Source of the DNA: an uncultured Candidatus Saccharibacteria bacterium | GTDB lineage: Bacteria; Patescibacteriota; Minisyncoccia; Portnoybacterales; UBA2143 | NCBI GenBank assembly: GCA_964594965.1 | Contig: CAZQMX010000003.1 | Location: forward strand, 224-49,005 | Direction: 5' to 3' | DNA: 48,782 nt | In this document: positions 16,774-24,848 of the stretch, in pieces | Layout: each line of letters starts with the position of its first letter | How positions within the stretch are numbered: the first letter of the stretch is position 1 | Made by a program: the position numbers and the translations under genes | The notes under the pieces: model-generated | Told to the model about the DNA's origin: nothing | The model's input: the letters and a program-made list of their open reading frames with translations, nothing else | Databases searched by the model: none

Positions 16774-18066
16774 ATGACTGTTTCGGAGAAAAAGGTTGTT
16801 TTGGGTATAGACTTTGGAACATCCAATTCATCTGCCTCAATTAACATAGACGGCGAGGTAAAATTGGTGGATGTAGACAGATATAGTCTGTCGAACAAAA
16901 AAGTTCTTAGGTCTATTATTTATTTCGACAATGAGGAAAAGAGTTTTTTTGTGGGTCAAAGGGCGATTGAGACGTATATCGAAAACGACGCCTGGGGGAG
17001 ATATATTCAGTCGATCAAGTCATTTTTGCCCGACAAGAGTTTTTCTCGCACCAAGATAGGAGGTAGGTATTATTCCTTAGACGATTTAATAGCCATTATT
17101 TTAAAGGAGATTAAAGGAGCTGGAGAAAGAGATGCCGGACAAAAAATTGAGAATGTTGTTCTTGGAAGACCGGTGTTTTTCTCTAAAGATCCGGATATAG
17201 ACAAATTTGCAGAGAAAGGATTACTGTCAGCAGCGAGAAAGGCCGGATTTAAAAGCATTCCTTTACAGTTCGAGCCTATAGCAGCAGCGCTAGATTACGA
17301 AAGCAAACTTGACAGAGGCGATGAGAAAAATGTTTTAGTGGGTGATTTTGGCGGGGGTACTTCTGATTTCGCAATAGTAAAAGTTACTGGCGGAAAACAA
17401 AAAGAGAGACACGATTGTAAGTCGAATGTGTTATCAATCGATGGTGTCTATATCGGGGGGGACATCTTTGATTCTCAGATTATGTGGGAAAAGATAGCCG
17501 GGTATTTCGGGAAAGATGTTAGAGTAAAGGCATTGATGTCTGACTTTACTCTTGGTATGCCGTCGCCGATAATGAATAAGCTGCGTAGATGGCATCTGAT
17601 TCCTTTGCTTCGAACACCAAGGACGCGCCGTTCTATTAGTGAGATTAAACACCAGGCTGACAGAAAAGATTTAGTCGAAAATCTGGAAAGGTTGGTCGAT
17701 GACAACTATGGATATATGCTGTTTCAATCGATAGAAAAGGCAAAGTGCGAATTGTCGTCGAAAAAAGAAACAGATATATTTTTCAACGGAATTAATCTTT
17801 TCATTAACAAGCATATCACCAGACCGGAATTTGAAGAGATAATCTCAAGAGAACTGAAAGAAATTGATGATTGTGTCGTTTCGACTATACAAAAAGCGGG
17901 TCTTTCTCCGAAAGAGATAGATATTGTTTCTCTTACAGGAGGATCTTCTTTTATCCCGTGCATCAAGAGGATATTTGAAGAAAAGTTTGGCCAGGACAAG
18001 ATAAACCAGACTGATGCTTTTACCAATGTGGCGTATGGTTTGGGTTTGTCTGTGTTACTAACATAA
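16774..18066 (+). CDS. Hsp70/actin-fold ATPase (DnaK nucleotide-binding-domain-like, no obvious substrate-binding domain)
   Basis: GIDFGTSNSSA, VGDFGGGTSDFAIV and LTGGSSFIPCI. GAGGAGG lies 5 nt before ATG 16774. Confidence 0.75.
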   Translation: MTVSEKKVVLGIDFGTSNSSASINIDGEVKLVDVDRYSLSNKKVLRSIIYFDNEEKSFFVGQRAIETYIENDAWGRYIQSIKSFLPDKSFSRTKIGGRYYSLDDLIAIILKEIKGAGERDAGQKIENVVLGRPVFFSKDPDIDKFAEKGLLSAARKAGFKSIPLQFEPIAAALDYESKLDRGDEKNVLVGDFGGGTSDFAIVKVTGGKQKERHDCKSNVLSIDGVYIGGDIFDSQIMWEKIAGYFGKDVRVKALMSDFTLGMPSPIMNKLRRWHLIPLLRTPRTRRSISEIKHQADRKDLVENLERLVDDNYGYMLFQSIEKAKCELSSKKETDIFFNGINLFINKHITRPEFEEIISRELKEIDDCVVSTIQKAGLSPKEIDIVSLTGGSSFIPCIKRIFEEKFGQDKINQTDAFTNVAYGLGLSVLLT

Positions 18067-18146
18067 CAAAAACACCGTTAAACAAGGAAAGAGGGGGTAG
18101 ATTTTTCTGCTCCCTCTTAAAATTTTACTTCGTTTCCCAAAAGAAT

Positions 18147-18174
18147 AAGGCCGTGTCAAAAGCACAGCCTTTTA
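18147..18174 (+). terminator. Terminator-like hairpin ending the + strand operon
   Basis: aaggccgtg / cacagcctt (one mismatch) followed by tttt. A second hairpin, 18089-18118 (aagaggggg / ctccctctt), lies just upstream. Confidence 0.5.
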
Positions 18175-18251
18175 TAATTGTGGATAAGTTTTTAGGGGGA
18201 TTTTGGGGTTCGGAGTAGAATTACTCGGGGTCGCTATAGCTACAATTTGGG

Positions 18252-18283
18252 AAAAGGAAAAAGGGCGGGACGCTGTCCAGCCC
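18252..18283 (-). terminator. Terminator of the minus-strand small gene
   Basis: On the minus strand, gggctggac agc gtcccgccc followed by tttttcctttt. Confidence 0.5.
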
Positions 18284-18307
18284 TATACGAGGTTAAAGTA
18301 TTTTGCT

Positions 18308-18562
18308 TTAAGAAGCGAGAGCATCCCGGACCCTAGCTTCTTCCGAACCGGAGAATCCTTCTCCAGTGATAGCCATAATCAGAGTACCGGGGATGTCTTT
18401 CCATGTACTAATGTGCTTGTCCGGTAGGTCATCGAACCGAAGCAGAGATATCTCTTTTTTTGCTTCTTCGTTCATATCTGGGAAAAGCGTTGAAAGGACA
18501 TCTTTCCTTTCCCGAGGACTCAACTTATCCCAACGTCTTCGAACGTGGTCTGATACGCTCAT
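18308..18562 (-). CDS. Hypothetical 84-aa protein
   Basis: AAGGAGGG lies 5 nt before the ATG on the minus strand, and the gene has its own terminator. No recognisable domain. Confidence 0.6.
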   Translation of the reverse strand: MSVSDHVRRRWDKLSPRERKDVLSTLFPDMNEEAKKEISLLRFDDLPDKHISTWKDIPGTLIMAITGEGFSGSEEARVRDALAS

Positions 18563-18750
18563 TTCGACCCTCCTTTTTTAAGGTTTGGTTAATCTTCAAT
18601 GCCGAAATCATATAACATTTAGTTTAATTCGTCAATTTTTAGCCCATACTTTTCAAAAATATCAATATTGAACATCGATAGTTGGGTTGTTAATAAGTTT
18701 GTTTGTTTGGTTTAGGTTTTAGGGTAAAATAGGAACAGGAGGAATTTTTT

Positions 18751-19389
18751 ATGTCTTTAAATATATCTTTCAAGAAGTATTTATTAATCAATGCAATTGG
18801 GTTTGGTTTGGGCGGGTTGCTTTGGGGGTGGATACTCTATCGCGAACTGCCGGATTTAGAATACCCTTTTCATTTTATGGCGATTATTGTGCTGGGACTT
18901 CTGGGCGGGATTTCCCTGGTCTGGCAGAATAAAAACATCAAACAAATCTCCAAATCAGTCCTAGCCGGATTTTTGGGGTATGGAATTGGGTTTGTGACAA
19001 CGGGGGTTTTTAGTTATTTTTTATATCTTTATGGGGCTCTTATGTTAGTTCCTCTTGGGTATTTAGTAGAAATAGAGACCCTAAATAAGTATTTGAATCT
19101 AGAACCAAATATTGGAATAGGCGATTTTTGGTTGATATTCTTATTTATTGGAATTATTGTTGGCTTATTCTATTCCTTATTCTTGAAAGTAAAGAAATGG
19201 CCTTTAATTTGGCGAGGGGGAATTGGATTTGCTTTAGGGTCTTTAATAGGGCCGGTAATCGGCAATATTATTGGAAACGCTTTTAATTCTCTTCTGGTTA
19301 GTTATTTAATCACTTTTGCTGTTATCGGTGTAATCCTGGGCAAGTTTTTGGCCTGGGGAGTGTATAAAGGTAGGAATCAGGAATTATGA
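18751..19389 (+). CDS. Multi-pass membrane protein (Gly-rich TM helices)
   Basis: AGGAGG RBS and 5-6 predicted hydrophobic helices. Confidence 0.6.
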   Translation: MSLNISFKKYLLINAIGFGLGGLLWGWILYRELPDLEYPFHFMAIIVLGLLGGISLVWQNKNIKQISKSVLAGFLGYGIGFVTTGVFSYFLYLYGALMLVPLGYLVEIETLNKYLNLEPNIGIGDFWLIFLFIGIIVGLFYSLFLKVKKWPLIWRGGIGFALGSLIGPVIGNIIGNAFNSLLVSYLITFAVIGVILGKFLAWGVYKGRNQEL

Positions 19390-19399
19390 ATTAGGAATA

Positions 19400-22300
19400 A
19401 TGTTTAGAAGATATCTAAATTTAGTTTTTTTTATTCTGCCGGCTTTTTTATGGATTATAGCCGGCTTTTTTGTTTTTGCTGATGCCGCTAATTCCCCGCC
19501 GCCAGCCAGTAATTACGCGCCTAATTTATGGTTTGATTCAAGAGAGCAATATTTCCCAACTAATCCTCTGGATTTTTATTATGAGAATGGACAAGAAATT
19601 TCCGGTGAAATCGCTGTTTCAAAGTACAATCAGTTGTCTGTTCAGGACAAAATAAATAATTTAACTGTCTTGTATCATATTGAGGATGAGGGTAATCAAT
19701 GGGTTTATCAATATTGGTTCTTTTATGTTTTTAACGATAATCACAGGGGTGTAAAAAATAAACATTATGGCGACTGGGAATCAGTTTTTGTTTTTGTTGA
19801 TAAAAGCTCGGGCGGGATTAATAAAGTAATTGGCACCGCGCATCAAAGAGAAATTTTTAATACAGAAATTTATAATCCGGAAACTAATCATATTTGGACC
19901 TATATTGGCGAGGGTTCGCATGCTAGTTGTGTAGATAATATTAACGATGGGAGTTGTAATTTTTTAAAATGGATAAAATTCGAAACCTGGGATAAAAAAG
20001 GATCTCAACTTCTACATGATAATTATAATTTGGTAGAAATAAATAGTAATTTTGTTAATAATTTTAGGGGCGTGGCTACTCTGAAAAAATCGTCTGTTTT
20101 AGGGATAAATTTATTTGATTTGGTTGAAGTTAAAAAGTTTGAAGACAAAGAATTATATATTCCCTGGGGCGGGAAGCCGCCAAAGCATGCTTGGGAGCAG
20201 TCAAATTACTATAATCCCGAGGAATTAAGGCCGTATAGTATGAGGTATGCGGCTGACTATATCTCAAACAAATTTAACCAAGCTAAAACACAAGTGGCTA
20301 GTTCATGGGATAATCTGGTTTCCGGCGTAAGTAATATTTTTAAGAAATCAGACCAGTCGGCCGGGATTAGTTCATCTTTACTATCGTTAGAGCTACTGTC
20401 GGAGGTCGAACCTCCGACGGTGTCTGAACTGGAGCTAATAGTCGCGCCAGCGCCGATTCCAGCGGAAGCTTTAGCGGAACTATCGGAGGTTCAACCTCCG
20501 ATAGTATCTGAACTGGTGGTGGAATCAGGTATGAAAGAATTAGCGAAAGAAGAAGAAGAAACAGAGGAAGAATCGGAGGTTGAACCTCCGATAGTAGAGG
20601 AGAAAACAATTGTTAGTTATAGCAGTAGCGGAAGTAGTTCTGCAGACGCTTCTCAGGAAAACGGCGATGAAAGTACGGACGAAACTGCAACTTCAACAGA
20701 GGAAATTGCGACTTCAACCGAAGAAATAATTGAAGAAACCGATACTAACTCACCTATGGCAGTAATTGACTTAAACGCTAGTGCGGGAAATAGTCGAGGG
20801 ACGATTAGTTTATCTTGGACAGCGCCGGGAGATGATGAATCAGTTGGAACTTCAACAGAATATATTATTAAATACGCCACCTCAACTATTGCTTCTTCTA
20901 CCTGGGATTCGGCAATTGATATTTCTGGTGAGCCAGCGCCATTGGTGGCGAGCAGCAGCGAAAGTATGACTATCAGTGACTTAGAAATTAATCAAACCTA
21001 CTATTTCGCGCTTAAATCAAAGGATGAATCTGATAATTTATCAGAAATTTCTAATATTACCAACGCTAGCCCAAGCGCTTTAGGAGACTCCGTTATTATC
21101 AGCGAAATCCAATTAGGAACGCGCGAGTTTGTTGAATTATATAATCCAACTAGTCAGACAATTAATATGACTGGCTGGTACTGGTCGTATTATTCTCCAA
21201 ATAGGAATTGGGATGATCCCTATCGCAATCTGGAATTTCCTGAAGAGGCAAGCATTCCAGCCGACGGATATTATTTAATTGGGTTGGGCAGCGGTACAGG
21301 TGGTTGGTATGATATGGAGTTTGACTGGCGGCCATATGAAACAAGTCAACTCAATAATAGTGTTGGCTCAATCGCTATTTTCCCATGGGATCCGAGCGCG
21401 ACGACTTCCGCCGCAGCGGAGAATAGCGCTATTGACGCGCTTGGCTGGGGAAGTATTGATTATGTTTATAAGGATACCTCTGTTTCAGCGCCAAGTTTAG
21501 AAAAAAGTTTAGTCCGGCAAATAGCTGGTTGGGATACGGATAATAATAGTAATGATTTTATTGAAAAAGATTGGCCTAATCCTAAAAATTCTTCAGGAGA
21601 GAGTTTAACTATTGTTATGGAAGGTACAGAAGTCACAGAAAATAGTACCTGGGACTTATCCGGCAGTCCATATATCCTAGAATCGAATGAAACAAACCAG
21701 CCAATAATAAGAAGCGGTGCAACTTTGACGATTGAGCCGGGAGTGACAATTAAAGGAATTAGCAAATATTATTCCAGTTTGGTCATAGAAGGCGTTTTGA
21801 AAGCTGAGGGAACAAACGCTAGCCCAATCACTTTTACCGGCAATAACGCCAGCTCTAGTCCCGGCGATTGGCTCGGGATTGAGTTTGATAGCGCTGATAA
21901 CGGTTCGGTTTTAGATTATGTTAATTTTGAATATGGCGGTTATTGGCAAGTTTTTCAAGGTTCGGAAGAAATGGTCAGAATTCTTAATAGTTCCGTGACA
22001 ATAACCAATTCTAATTTCGAAAACAGCTTCAAGAACGGAATTTATCTATATAATTCTGACTCCTCTATTTCTGATTCTAGTTTCTCAAGCGCGGAAAAAG
22101 ACATTGTCATTTCCGGTTCCGAGTCCCAGCCAACAATTAATAATTGCCAGTTTAGCGGCAGTATTGGGATAAAAGCATATAACCATTCGTCGCTGACAGT
22201 TAATAATAGCAGTTTTTCTGGTGGTAATTATCCGATAACAATCAGCAGCGCTTACCCGAGTTTAAGCGGCAACCAATCAGATAGCGCTAAGTTAAACGGT

Positions 22301-22735
22301 GTTTATATTGAGCCGGAAAGTGTTTTTAATCAGGATATGACTTGGAAAGCGGATTTGCCCTATGTTCTCTATTCCGGTTCAAATACTTATCCAACCGTGG
22401 CGTCTGGGACGGTTCTGACTATTGAGCCCGGGGTGGTTATTAAACCAGTCAGTGACTATTATCACGGTTTGTTTATTGAGGGAGAATTAATTGCCCAAGG
22501 GACAACTTCTACGCCAATTGTCTTTACTTCTCTAAAAGATGATGATTATGGTGGGGATACCAATGCTGACAATGCCAGCACAACGCCGGCGGTTGGTGAC
22601 TGGAAAAACATTAAGTTCTTTACCGGCAGTCGGGGAGAATTAAACCATATTCTCTTCCGCTATGGGAGTGCTCAGCCGCTGCAGCTTATTAGCCCCGATG
22701 TTATTCTTGGAGATAATATCAAATACGAGCCGTAA
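19400..22735 (+). CDS. Large surface protein: Vps62/DUF946-like + acidic repeat linker + FN3 + lamin-tail (LTD) + parallel beta-helix repeats
   Basis: N-terminal TM helix. YQYWFFYVFND...HYGDWESVFVFVD (Vps62-like). FN3-like TISLSWTAPGDDE...YYFALKSKDESDN. LTD-like VIISEIQLGTREFVELYNPT. Repeated NSxITNSxF beta-helix motifs. Confidence 0.75.
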   Translation: MFRRYLNLVFFILPAFLWIIAGFFVFADAANSPPPASNYAPNLWFDSREQYFPTNPLDFYYENGQEISGEIAVSKYNQLSVQDKINNLTVLYHIEDEGNQWVYQYWFFYVFNDNHRGVKNKHYGDWESVFVFVDKSSGGINKVIGTAHQREIFNTEIYNPETNHIWTYIGEGSHASCVDNINDGSCNFLKWIKFETWDKKGSQLLHDNYNLVEINSNFVNNFRGVATLKKSSVLGINLFDLVEVKKFEDKELYIPWGGKPPKHAWEQSNYYNPEELRPYSMRYAADYISNKFNQAKTQVASSWDNLVSGVSNIFKKSDQSAGISSSLLSLELLSEVEPPTVSELELIVAPAPIPAEALAELSEVQPPIVSELVVESGMKELAKEEEETEEESEVEPPIVEEKTIVSYSSSGSSSADASQENGDESTDETATSTEEIATSTEEIIEETDTNSPMAVIDLNASAGNSRGTISLSWTAPGDDESVGTSTEYIIKYATSTIASSTWDSAIDISGEPAPLVASSSESMTISDLEINQTYYFALKSKDESDNLSEISNITNASPSALGDSVIISEIQLGTREFVELYNPTSQTINMTGWYWSYYSPNRNWDDPYRNLEFPEEASIPADGYYLIGLGSGTGGWYDMEFDWRPYETSQLNNSVGSIAIFPWDPSATTSAAAENSAIDALGWGSIDYVYKDTSVSAPSLEKSLVRQIAGWDTDNNSNDFIEKDWPNPKNSSGESLTIVMEGTEVTENSTWDLSGSPYILESNETNQPIIRSGATLTIEPGVTIKGISKYYSSLVIEGVLKAEGTNASPITFTGNNASSSPGDWLGIEFDSADNGSVLDYVNFEYGGYWQVFQGSEEMVRILNSSVTITNSNFENSFKNGIYLYNSDSSISDSSFSSAEKDIVISGSESQPTINNCQFSGSIGIKAYNHSSLTVNNSSFSGGNYPITISSAYPSLSGNQSDSAKLNGVYIEPESVFNQDMTWKADLPYVLYSGSNTYPTVASGTVLTIEPGVVIKPVSDYYHGLFIEGELIAQGTTSTPIVFTSLKDDDYGGDTNADNASTTPAVGDWKNIKFFTGSRGELNHILFRYGSAQPLQLISPDVILGDNIKYEP
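20399..20591. repeat. Three in-frame copies of the 19-nt palindromic element TCGGAGGT(C/T)(G/C/T)AACCTCCGA (family A) inside the CDS
   Basis: Copies at 20399-20417 (tcggaggtcgaacctccga), 20483-20501 (..ttcaa..) and 20573-20591 (..ttgaa..), spaced 84 and 90 nt apart. Each is read as SEV(E/Q)PP. Confidence 0.9.
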
Positions 22736-22745
22736 ATAACTATTG

Positions 22746-23453
22746 ATTATCGATTTGCGAAATCGATAATAATAAATAGTATGGAGCTTTATCATGTTTT
22801 AAATAGAGGCGTAGATAAGCGAGACATCTTTCTAGAAGAAAAGGATTATTTGCGTTTTGTTCATAATTTATTTGAATTTAACGACCGGAAAAATATCACC
22901 AATAACCTTTTCCATCTTGAGAAAGGGCAAAAAAATATGGGTTTGCGAAACCCATATAAAAGGGATTTGTTGGTAGATGTACATGCTTTTTGCTTGATGT
23001 CGAATCATTATCACCTGTTACTAAGTTCTAGCGACAAAGAATCTGTTTCCAATTTTATGAGAAAAATTAATGTTGGTCATGCTAATTATTTTAATAAAAA
23101 ATACGATAGAAACGGGGCTTTGTTTCAAGGAAGGTATAAGTCAGTTTTAATAGATAAAGAGTCGCAATTTCTATATATTCCCTACTATATTCACTTTAAT
23201 CCATTGGATTTAAAATTTCCGGAGTGGAGAAAAGGGAAGATCAGAGATTTTAAAAAAGCAATAAATTTCTTAAGTTCTTATCGCTGGAGCAGCCATCCTG
23301 ATTACATAGGTAAAAAGAACTTTCCTTCTGTAACTGAAAGAACCTATTTTCTGGAAATATTTGGTGGACCAGATAGATATCTAAAGAATATCAAAGAGCG
23401 TTTTAAAGAAATGGAATTATGGATTTCGCAAATCGATAATGTAAATCGATAAT
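22746..23453 (+). mobile_element. RAYT / IS200-like Y1 transposase unit bracketed by inverted 25-nt hairpins
   Basis: Left hairpin 22746-22770 (attatcgattt gcg aaatcgataat). Right hairpin 23416-23440 is its inverted copy with 24/25 identity. An extra half-copy aaatcgataat lies at 23443-23453. Confidence 0.7.
22781..23452 (+). CDS. REP-associated tyrosine transposase (IS200/IS605 Y1 HUH family)
   Basis: HUH motif LMSNHYHLLL, catalytic Tyr region FQGRYKS, size 223 aa. Confidence 0.8.
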   Translation: MELYHVLNRGVDKRDIFLEEKDYLRFVHNLFEFNDRKNITNNLFHLEKGQKNMGLRNPYKRDLLVDVHAFCLMSNHYHLLLSSSDKESVSNFMRKINVGHANYFNKKYDRNGALFQGRYKSVLIDKESQFLYIPYYIHFNPLDLKFPEWRKGKIRDFKKAINFLSSYRWSSHPDYIGKKNFPSVTERTYFLEIFGGPDRYLKNIKERFKEMELWISQIDNVNR

Positions 23454-23486
23454 GTCGACAGGATTGACTTTTAATGATGAGAATGT

Positions 23487-24101
23487 ATGCTGGGAATAAT
23501 GATGAGGATTGGATTTTTAGCATCAGGTAATGGAAGTAATATGCAGGCGATTATTGATGTCTGCAAATCAGAGGCTTTGAAAGCAGAGCCGGTTGTTGTT
23601 ATTAGTAATAACAGCGATTCAGGCGCGATTAAAAGAGCCAAAAAAGAAAATATCCCCTATTTTCATTTAAGCAATAAGACTCATCAAAACCTTGGCCAGG
23701 CCATTATTAATGCCCTAAATAAGCATTCTGTTGACATAGTGGTTTTGGCCGGCTATATGAAGAAGATTGGACCAGAGATATTGTCTCACTATAACGGGGC
23801 AATTTTAAATATCCATCCGGCGCTTTTGCCTAAATTTGGCGGAGATGGAATGTATGGAATTCGAGTTCATCAGGCGGTTCTTAAAGCTAGAGAAAAAGAA
23901 ACCGGTGTTTCAATCCATATTGTTGATGCTGACTACGATACCGGGCCGGTTATTGCCCAAGTCAGAGTGCCGGTTGAAAAAAATGACACGCCAGAAAGTC
24001 TGGCCGCCCGGGTTTTAAAACAAGAACACATTTTATTTCCAGAAACACTGCAAAAAATTACAACCGGGGAAATTAAAATTCCTGGATATTCTTTAAAATA
24101 G
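23487..24101 (+). CDS. purN: Phosphoribosylglycinamide formyltransferase
   Basis: GFLASGNGSNMQAII, VVLAGYMKKIGPEIL, ILNIHPALLPKFGG, GVSIHIVDADYDTGPVIAQ. Confidence 0.85.
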   Translation: MLGIMMRIGFLASGNGSNMQAIIDVCKSEALKAEPVVVISNNSDSGAIKRAKKENIPYFHLSNKTHQNLGQAIINALNKHSVDIVVLAGYMKKIGPEILSHYNGAILNIHPALLPKFGGDGMYGIRVHQAVLKAREKETGVSIHIVDADYDTGPVIAQVRVPVEKNDTPESLAARVLKQEHILFPETLQKITTGEIKIPGYSLK

Positions 24102-24117
24102 GAAAAGGAGGTTTGAT

Positions 24118-24618
24118 ATGGATGGCGAAACACAAATAGAAGGGCATTCGGTTAGGTGCTTCGGTTGAGGGGAATCTAATCCCTGGGGCCTGGGGCTGAA
24201 ATTTAAAGATACTGGCGAGAATAGTTGCGAAGCGGACTTTATTCCTAATGCGTTCCAGGTCAGTTGGCCTGGGATTTGCCATGGAGCGATTAGGTTCGGC
24301 TTGATTGATGGGGCAGCGAGTTATTTAGTTGTCAAAAAGGGGATTATGGGGATGACCCGGAGAGTAGAGATAAAGTCAATCACAGATTTTGAAAACCCTC
24401 TATTTGTTGGCGAGAGTGTAAGAGTAGTAGCAGAGCTAGTTGAGATAAATGAGGAGCACAATTATGCCAAAGTAGAGGCGAGAATAATTAGGGTCGCTGA
24501 TAACACAGTTATTGTCGAGGCCGAACTCAAGTTCCTACCCGAGCTTAAAAAATCCAAACAAACAAAAGACAGGATTAGAAGAAATACCATTGACCGAGGC
24601 CTGACTTCAAAAGGATAA
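24118..24618 (+). CDS. PaaI-like hotdog-fold thioesterase interrupted by one in-frame TGA (24166-24168)
   Basis: AAAGGAGG RBS and ATG 24118. MDGETQIEGHSVRCFG-TGA-GESNPWGLGLKFKDTG...PGICHGAIRFGLIDGAAS... runs in a single frame to 24618. The track reports only the part from 24301. Confidence 0.6.
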
Positions 24619-24666
24619 TCTGATAGATTTCCTTCTTGTGGTTCTTTGTATATTCTTGCGTCTTGA

Positions 24667-24743
24667 GCCAGCGTAGCTCAGTCTGGCAGAGTGCTGGCTT
24701 CGGAAGCCAGAGGTCGTTGGTTCAAATCCAATCGGCCCGACCA
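24667..24743 (+). tRNA. tRNA-Pro(CGG)-like gene with non-complementary acceptor stem
   Basis: Normal D arm (gctc/gagt), anticodon arm ctggc-UUCGGAA-gccag, T arm gttgg-ttcaaat-ccaat, A73 and encoded CCA. The 5' strand gccagcg does not pair with the 3' strand cggcccg. Confidence 0.5.
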
Positions 24744-24758
24744 ATTCTAATTTAATGT

Positions 24759-24835
24759 GGCGATGTAACTCAGGTGGTTAGAGTTGCGGGTTCATACCCC
24801 GTGGGTCACCGGTTCGAATCCGGTCATCGCCACCA
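24759..24835 (+). tRNA. tRNA-Met(CAU), either elongator-type or Ile2
   Basis: Acceptor ggcgatg/catcgcc, anticodon loop UUCAUAC, T loop ttcgaat, encoded CCA. G1:C72 argues against an initiator. Confidence 0.85.
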
Positions 24836-24848
24836 CACTGAAAGGCAT

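Noticed and set aside
24166-24168. Genome-wide TGA reassignment (code 4 or code 25) as the explanation for the in-frame TGA
   Set aside because: Many well-supported genes in the window end on TGA (for example 2804-2806, 9565-9567, 40591-40593, 42555-42557, 44034-44036, 47819-47821). No other gene shows an internal TGA.
24073-24282. Minus-strand 69-aa ORF
   Set aside because: It overlaps the 5' part of the + strand thioesterase frame, which has an SD, an ATG and family-like sequence.
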